A stretch of DNA of 64,000 bases. Origin: Lingula anatina. Taxonomy: Eukaryota > Animalia > Brachiopoda. The stretch covers positions 11,962,587 to 12,026,586 of the forward strand of contig CM120648.1 of assembly GCA_051362555.1 (NCBI GenBank), written 5' to 3'. A model generated the notes under the pieces. The model worked only from the letters and a program-made list of their open reading frames with translations, made no database searches and had not been told where the DNA came from. Positions 54,124-64,000 of the stretch are shown one piece after another (position 1 is the first letter of the stretch; each line of letters starts with the position of its first letter). Position numbers and translations under genes: made by a program.

Positions 54124-54894
54124 GTATGTTGAAAACAAACACTACTGTGACACCTGGCACAAATTATCACAGTGCAGCGGCTGAAAATGGCAACACACTA
54201 AACACATTGTATAGATGTAAAGAGAATTAAATGCCAGTCAGATTAAGACGATTGTATAACAAAGTACAAAAAATGCCTGGGAATTACAATGGATTATTGA
54301 TATGGATAATGATGAATTGCACTCATAATGGTAAAAATTATGATTAATATTTCGCATGTGCATTCTAAAGGGTAAAATATTGGTGAAAAATAATGCTGTA
54401 AACTACAGAAGAGCAGAGAAACATTTTATCCTACATGTATATTACTTGCTTATAATCAACGTAGTGTGAAAGAACGGGACTCCACCATGTCCATTTATTT
54501 AATTAATTAATTATTTATTTATTTATTGCGACCCCCACCTCATTACTCGATAATACATTTCACGTGGTTAACATAAGATTACTGGTAAAGTAATTGCGAT
54601 ATTGCAGTTTAATTCAAAAGCGTTTAAGGATCTTTGACCCGACAAAATGCCTTCAATTTCACCTTTGGGAGTAAAAAAACACTGTCCCAGCAAACGCAAT
54701 TTGCTCAGAGGACCCAGGTAAAATACCATATGCTGCCCTTGAGTTTCTTTGTAAAACGCATTACTTGACTAAAATTTTGTCATCTTTTCCTAGACGTATT
54801 AAGATTAAATTCTGGTTCTCGTAAAGGTAAGCTAGTTTACGTTTATATTCTAGATTGTGTTAGGAGTGACAACTATCACATTTTTCTCCTCCAG

Positions 54895-55088
54895 GGATCG
54901 TCATCTATTTCACGTACGGTATTCGAAACAGCGCCGAGGCTCCAGCCAACTACAGCAGAGACGAGGAGGTGGTGCTGCTTGGGCCGTTTCCAAGGAAACG
55001 TGTATTGTCTGAAATTATACGTAACCACCGGAGAAGGAAACGAAAGAAAGGATCAAAAGAAAGATTAGACACTGTTTTAATTCAGTGA
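54895..55088 (+). CDS. SLC7 CAT-like gene, terminal exon (whole protein 712 aa)
   Basis: ctccag|GG gives GIVIYFTYGIRNSAE, matching CAT GxxIYFxYGxxHS. TGA at 55086-55088 and AATAAA near 55119. Confidence 0.88.
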
Positions 55089-56615
55089 ATAACTTTAAGC
55101 TTGCACTCAAAAGAAATCAATAAATCTACTGTTATCATCTATTAACATTATTTAAGTTAATTTAAGTTTGGAAATGGTGTTTCATGGTGAAAATATTTGG
55201 AATTTTATCGTTGATGATTTGCATATTTTTTAATGTTGTACTACTGCTAGTTATCATCTCATTTATGAAAAGAAAGAGCGACGATATATTGTGGGAAAAT
55301 GCTCCATTAGAAGTGACATTTATCGTGTCATTTCCATTCATTTAGAGGGATTCATATCATTTTAGAAACTGTTCAGTCTACCCGAATAATAGCTATTTAG
55401 CAAAGTTATGTAAGATAAATTCAAGAACAATTGTGTCTGTTAAATGTACGTTTTCTATTATTTTTCAAACTTTATTTGGAAGGTACGAAACATGTTGTAG
55501 ATATTGTATAAATGTTTTAATTTTTTGTTGTACTTTTTTTCTTTTGCACATGTATTTTGAATTTTTCGGTGATATCTTTGGCATACTAGGGTCGCATTTT
55601 CATGTCAGAAACCATTCCATAAAGATATTGTTGTACGAGTCATGAAGCAATGTTAATTAATGGCATCACATCGCCTTGGTGACGGGTGGTCAATTATTAC
55701 TTCACACCCCTTGATTGTATGTAAACAGAATCAAAGTGGTACTTTAATGCGCATTTTCAAGAAAAATCATTATTTAGATAAGGGGGGTAGGTTGGATTTG
55801 ATATCCTAAGATGAAACGCGATTTTTGCAAGTGTTTCAGTTATGTTTCTGTTTTATGAGGGCAAGGAGCTCAATTCATCCTGTAATTTGACATCTTTAAA
55901 GTTCTTGCCAAATACATAAGATAAGTTTCATTCATAATTTACTCTACATATATTATCTAGTAATTGACAATTTGTTATAAAAATATTACTCAATATAAAC
56001 GCAACAATCACACTTCTTAATATTATTTAATAAATATATTTCTAAATTAAATCACCCTAATCCTCAACATACACAGTATGTTTTTTTTTTGTCAGACAAG
56101 TACACAGAAACTTGTAAGTTATCAACAAAGAGACACTTTTGTTGGCACAATAAGTAAAGTCAAGAGCCCGTACCTAATTTGGAAAACGAGAATGTTGCTT
56201 CTCAATTCCGAGTGAACATTTTAAGATGAAAGGCCATGTTGATTACGTCACGTGAGTGGTGACGATAGTAATGACGTCACACGTCGAATTACTTGCACAA
56301 AAGGCATAGTTGCATATTCCATATCATTCATGTGCTGTAGATTCAAATTTATCTGTTCTTATTTTTGCTATGAGCTAGCATCTTTTTATTGAAACACCCA
56401 ACTAGTGCATTCCTTCCGTATATCATTTAAACCATAAAGAAGTCACGCCGACCTTTTTTCTGGCGCAAAAATCAGTTTTCCCGTTTTTTATTTGGAAACA
56501 AGAAAACCAGAATATTGCCGAGAAAAAAAGCCCTGCGGTATAATTCAGAGCCAAGAGATTCGAATACCAACTAAAGCAAGCACAAGTTCAATCTTTTCCA
56601 CCACTGTTCGCAGTA

Positions 56616-56827
56616 CTACCGAAGGTTGTAGTTAAAATTCCCAGGCTGGGTAAGACACTTGTCTTCATACGCTGTCCCGGGGGCCGGAGAACACGCCTGC
56701 ATGTCTATGGCGGAACCATCGCAAGGGGGCGCACCTAGAGAGTCCGGATTACGGCACTGTCGCATTCGGAACTGTACCCCTCTACAGCAGCTGGAGTAAT
56801 CGGACCAGCTACTCCAACCATTTGAGG
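56616..56827 (-). CDS. Secreted Pro/Gly/Gln-rich protein, terminal exon: thrombospondin type-1 (TSP1/TSR) domain
   Basis: tttcag|CC, phase 1. Reads GWSSWSDYSSCCRGVQFRMRQCRNPDSLGAPPCDGSAIDMQAC...C, with WxxW, RxRxC, CxG and six Cys. TAG at 56618-56616. Confidence 0.85.
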
Positions 56828-57401
56828 CTGAAACGTAAAATGCATTGCACGTAAGTAAACAAACAAACAAACAAACAAACAGACTAACAAACAAACGTAA
56901 ATAAACAAATAAATGCAATCACACAAATGAGACCGCGGGATAAAACTCTTCTAAAGCGCACCAAAAATATGTTCAATTAAACGTTATAGTCATACAAACA
57001 GACGAATGAAAGATTATGTGTATAAATTTACTGTAAATGATGGGTGAAAGAATACTACATGGGCCAGTTGGGCTAAGGAACAGCCCAAGTGTGACATATC
57101 CCAAAGGTCAGAGCGGTTTACCTCAGCTGGGGCAAGCTGGCTGATATGAGAACGATGATCTAACATTTGCTCACAGTAAAAATACAGTGTAAAGGAAAAA
57201 CCGTTAAAATCCCATAAAGCATGTATTTTTTCTGGAGATTTCAACGTTTTTGGGTTGTATGTTTCTCGTTTTAAGTCAGTATCGTAACAAAGGTGCAGAC
57301 TAGTGACTTTCCCTTATTATGAGGGCACAAAGTAGAAAACGTATTTTTAAATATTTCTATATTTAGTTTTGGATGTGGCATACCAAACTGATAATGGGCA
57401 A

Positions 57402-57502
57402 TTGCTCAAATTTCAAGTTATAGTTGTTTTTTATAGTAGGTTGTAACGACAGTTGCTCAAATTTCAAGGTATAGTTGTTTTTTATAGTAGGTTGTAACGA
57501 CA
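57402..57502. repeat. Intronic 51-bp tandem duplication
   Basis: ttgctcaaatttcaag(t/g)tatagttgttttttatagtaggttgtaacgaca starts at 57402 and again at 57453. Confidence 0.9.
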
Positions 57503-57563
57503 ATTTGCAGCTTCTCAAGTTTGGCATTTCCTTGAATATCATCATAGTACTTAATTAAGACTA

Positions 57564-59909
<2,346 letters not shown>

Positions 59910-61833
59910 TTAAGATAGTTTCAAAATGCAAACAATTTTAAAACTAATAAATATTTAAAGACAAAAAGTTCTATTATGATAAATACTGAAAGAGGAATTT
60001 AAAAATCAGTTCAATACAGGGGAGGTTGGAAGACCTGGAACATCGGAGGGCAGTGTAATAACGTAAACGTCTCCATTACTTTCCCCTACTTGTTCACAAG
60101 GGTTCTAAAAGATACAGTAGGGGACGATATGTGAAGTATAGATGCATTTAAGAAATTAAGACACCCGTGGTTGACTTAACGATGTACACACGCTTCTCGG
60201 GGCGGGTATACAACATTGACACAGATTGAGATGACTTACATTGTTATAACAAAAAATTCGGTTTTATTTGTTGTACTGGTTTGGAGAAAAATAGGTCACG
60301 GTGACTCTATTTAGGACGGACGAAAACATTTTACAGAAGGCAAGGAGCATGATGTAAACGGGCTCCTTTTTGTCTTGTGTTTGTTCATTCTGCATCAAGT
60401 TATCGTCAGTTGGTAATCCGGTAGCATGTGAGAGATATCCCACCTACCACAGGCCCGATTCCTATTAACTTATACAGGTAAGACCCGTCCTATAAGCTGA
60501 CCCAGTGACGTCACGCTAACCCTAACCTGTACTAATCTAATGAGGGATCAGTTTCTTTTCACCGCGCTGCAGAATATTATTTAATTTACGAGGCAATTAA
60601 TATAGATAACCAACGCATGAATAAATGAATGTGAAAGTCGAATTTAAGATTTGCTGAATAAATAAATAAATAAATGATTAAATAGATGAATGAATGAGCT
60701 AGATATTTATCTAGTATAATAGCTGTATGCTTAAGGGACTGAGACCAAAAGAACACACAACCGTTTTGCCTCTAGATAGCATCAATAATTTCGTTTAAGG
60801 TAAGTATAGGGGTCTAACCGAACGTTCTATTAGCCCTGGACGGTGAATCGAATTAAGACGGCTTCAAATAGTAATTAAAGATAAACGCTCTAAATACGAG
60901 CCTTTAATGTTCATTGGTATATCCTCGTAAAATTTATAAGATGCTTTTTTATTACCTATTTGATACCAATAGTTTGACACAGTTTGGCGAAAAATAAATC
61001 CATCTGTTATTCATTTCAATAGCCAGTATTAAAATGGTGGTTTTAGTGGCTTGCAAATCTTAGCATGTAAATATAACAATTGTAAGATAAAGATTCAGAT
61101 ATGATAAAGAGGTTTGACAATACATTATTATTATTGTCTTAATGAACTGCAGTTAAACCCGGAAGTACAAACTATGGGAATATCTTAAAATGTGGTTACT
61201 CAAGCGTTATAGACGGTGAAATGAATTAAGTTTTTACACAACATCAACTGTTAGTTGAGAATCGATCCAAAAAGTAAAAAGTGGTTCGCAACCCTTCTGG
61301 ATAACCCCTATCGCATCTTACTCTTGGCACAGTGGTTGACTTTATGCTTCACCTATTTAGATAGCTTCTATTGTTCTGGATATTTTCTGCCTTTGATCTA
61401 CAGTTTTTTCTTTTCTCATCTATTCAACTTTCTGTATCTTTTCGTATTCCCAGGATTATTTCTAATCCCGTCAGTCCTATGCCCTATACGAGTGCATCTC
61501 TTTGTAATCTTTCTTTTCCTATCCTGATGTTACTTAATTCAATGCTTTTGAGTATTAACATATAATATTGTGACGCAGAAAAATCCTTCAACCGCAAGTA
61601 GTTCTCCAAAAACATTTATATCGCACGCGGTTAGATAATGGCGTTAAATTTTGTGAGCTTTGATTTTTTATCCGATGAACAGTCATTTCGTAGATGTTTC
61701 GAGGAAACGATGTCCTACTGATCAAAATAAAAAATTACCATGCAAGAATGATAACTAGTTTTTAAAAATGCCCATTTACGTTTATTGAAAATCAATATTT
61801 CATGCTAAAATAATTTAACGAAATTATTCTTAC

Positions 61834-61897
61834 CTTGTGCTTTGCAAAGCCATACAACCACCACAAGACAACTGCACAGTCGTTTGTATGAAGTCAT
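61834..61897 (-). CDS. Secreted Pro/Gly/Gln-rich protein, first coding exon (signal peptide)
   Basis: ATG at 61897. Reads MTSYKRLCSCLVVVVWLCKAQ G|gtaaga, with basic n-region, hydrophobic h-region and CKA/Q cleavage pattern. Phase 1 fits the acceptor at 59797. Not in the ORF track. Confidence 0.75.
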
Positions 61898-63624
61898 ATT
61901 TGATGTTTAGTGTCTGTTTTAAGTTTTCTGCTTTTCTGTAATGATCTTCACGAGCGATCCGCAGTCTGTTCTTTGATTCGTTCTCGGAGTATCTTTCCAA
62001 TGCCTCTCCAGTTTGGAGAACGGGTTGGAAAAATCTGTTTTCTCTGCCCCAGTTGTCTCGCACGATTCGATGTTACGTCACCTCTCAAGCCCTTTCTGTT
62101 GCCAGTTTTGCCGGGAAAGTTGGTGTTCACCGGCGCCGCTCACGTTCTTAAGTGACCGTCAGACACTACCGCGGCGGTCTTATTCAGGAGTTGTCGTGAC
62201 AAAACACACTGTCGCTAGCCCATCATGTCGTCATCCACATTTGCATATAATTCAATTTCCTCCTCGCTGGCGACTCGGTTACACGCTTGTAGACCTCAGT
62301 TGATAAGAAAACTTAATTCTCGTCATTAAGAGATAAAACACATAATCTTCGCCACGCGATGCTTGAAAGTGATACGCGGATCTGATTTACATAAATGCAT
62401 TTATTTCAGTGCCACGGCGCATTCACACGAAACCGTCTGTTTTTCATTTAACCGCTGATAGTAACGAGCTATCATTTAACATTTAAGTCCCTTAGAACAT
62501 AAGTATTAATGCCTTTTAATCTGATCAGAGACACTGAGACATAATTCGGGTGGTTTCTTTTGCACGTGCGGGTTTCAAAATCTACAAAAGTGTGCGTTTC
62601 CATGTGTTTTTAGGTGCGTGTGTCCGCGTCAGTCGTAAATCGTAACATATATTTGCTGCTATCTGTTTCACGATAGATGGCGCCATTTATATCGTTTTTT
62701 TCACTCGGCAATTTTAAACTGGTAACAAAATTTATCAACACTGGCATCGAGGTAATTATGCAACACAATGCAACCATAACTGCCCTCTGGTCTTGGTTTT
62801 TACAAAGAAAACTGTTTTGTGAAATACACATTTTCATCAGTTTGAATTATCGAGGTTTTATTTGTTTTTCATTGACGTTCATCTCCTCATTAAATAAAAA
62901 AAAAACTGTGTTGGGCAGCTAGAATAAAACAATGGGGTCTGTTGTCATCATTTGTGAATAATAAAAATGCAAAACGTACAATGCCAATGTAATATTATTT
63001 CTAATAATATACTAGAAAAATAAGAACATAAACACTTGACCAAGGAAAACAGATATGGACGTCATGAGAATAAATGCAAGTTTAACTCACAAATAACTAA
63101 ACAAATGACAAAACTAATGATATCTGTACAGGTAATATGACCTCCCTCGCCTGTTATTAATTCAAATTTCGTTATCAGTGTCTAAAACCTGGTGATTTCA
63201 AGTTCATTTTGGTTTCTTTACACCCAATTTTTCATCTGTACGTCTCTCAGGAATATCAACCAAAATGTCCCCATATCGGTAACATCTTGTGGAGTCTTTC
63301 GTTCCAAGTTCATTTTCGACTATCAGTGTCCCAGAATTGTGTGACTTTCTACAGAGGGTTCTTCCATTCGTGCAGAATTATGGGCAACTATTGCTAGAGC
63401 TCATCATACCAGACTAACATATTTCTTCCAAATTTTATTTATCATAGACTGACACAGACTTATAATGGTCAAACCGTACTAAAAAAACTTGATTACTGCT
63501 GGGATCATGTAGATGGGCCAAGCTCTTTGTTGGTTTGCTAATCTTACAATTCGGTGACATTAGTTAAATAAAAAAATAAAAACTGTCTGTATTTCTTTAT
63601 GCTGCGGAAAATTCAGTTCCTCAT

Positions 63625-63839
63625 CTATTTTTTATTCATGCCGATTGGCAGTATTGTCATTGTGTCGCCTGGGCCCCCTTTTACGCATGCGTCGAACTCG
63701 TTACTTCCGCATAGTAAGAAATCAATGGCGGGGCCATCGCAGGGGGGCGTTCCCATGGCATCAAGATTGCGACACACCCTCATACGGTACTTGACACCTT
63801 GACAACACGAGGAAAATTGAGACCAGTTTGTCCATCCCT
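63625..63839 (-). CDS. Terminal TSP1-domain exon of an upstream tandem paralogue (rest of gene lies beyond the window)
   Basis: tttcag|AG, phase 1. GWTNWSQFSSCCQGVKYRMRVCRNLDAMGTPPCDGPAIDFLLC is 27/43 identical to the TSP1 at 56616-56827. No GT donor before the in-frame TAG at 63627-63625. Confidence 0.8.
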
Positions 63840-64000
63840 CTGAAATTAAAAATAATATCGCTTTTATTTTACACATATTTTGATTGCAAAGAAGTGCTAC
63901 TATATAAATAGTACAATGGTAGAATAAATCTCCTACCAAATTTGCACAGTCTGGCTATTCCTATACTTCCACACTTCAAGATAAAATCAGCAGTATTTCT

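Overview
AT-rich, intron-containing animal DNA, rich in microsatellites and MITEs. It is probably from an invertebrate, and a lophotrochozoan or mollusc-like source is inference only. I reconstructed three spliced genes and part of a fourth by hand from GT-AG sites with matching phases. (1) A minus-strand tandem-PH adaptor resembling the AFAP1/SKAP family, with exons from 5286 to at least 15011 and several candidate alternative first exons. (2) A plus-strand four-exon SLC7 cationic amino acid transporter-like gene (43574-55088, 712 aa) whose substrate-site motifs are degenerate. (3) A minus-strand three-exon secreted protein (61897-56616, 834 aa) with a signal peptide, a 743-codon Pro/Gly/Gln repeat exon and an atypical C-terminal TSP1 domain. 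(4) The last exon of a tandem paralogue of gene 3 (63625-63839). Mobile DNA includes a full-length but decayed DD34E Tc1 element, an internally deleted piggyBac, a TSD-flanked poly(A) retro-insertion, a foldback element and several MITEs. The palindrome TGACGTCA is strongly over-represented (20 copies found by eye, 9 in coding exons). All protein family calls come from motif recall, not from database searches.
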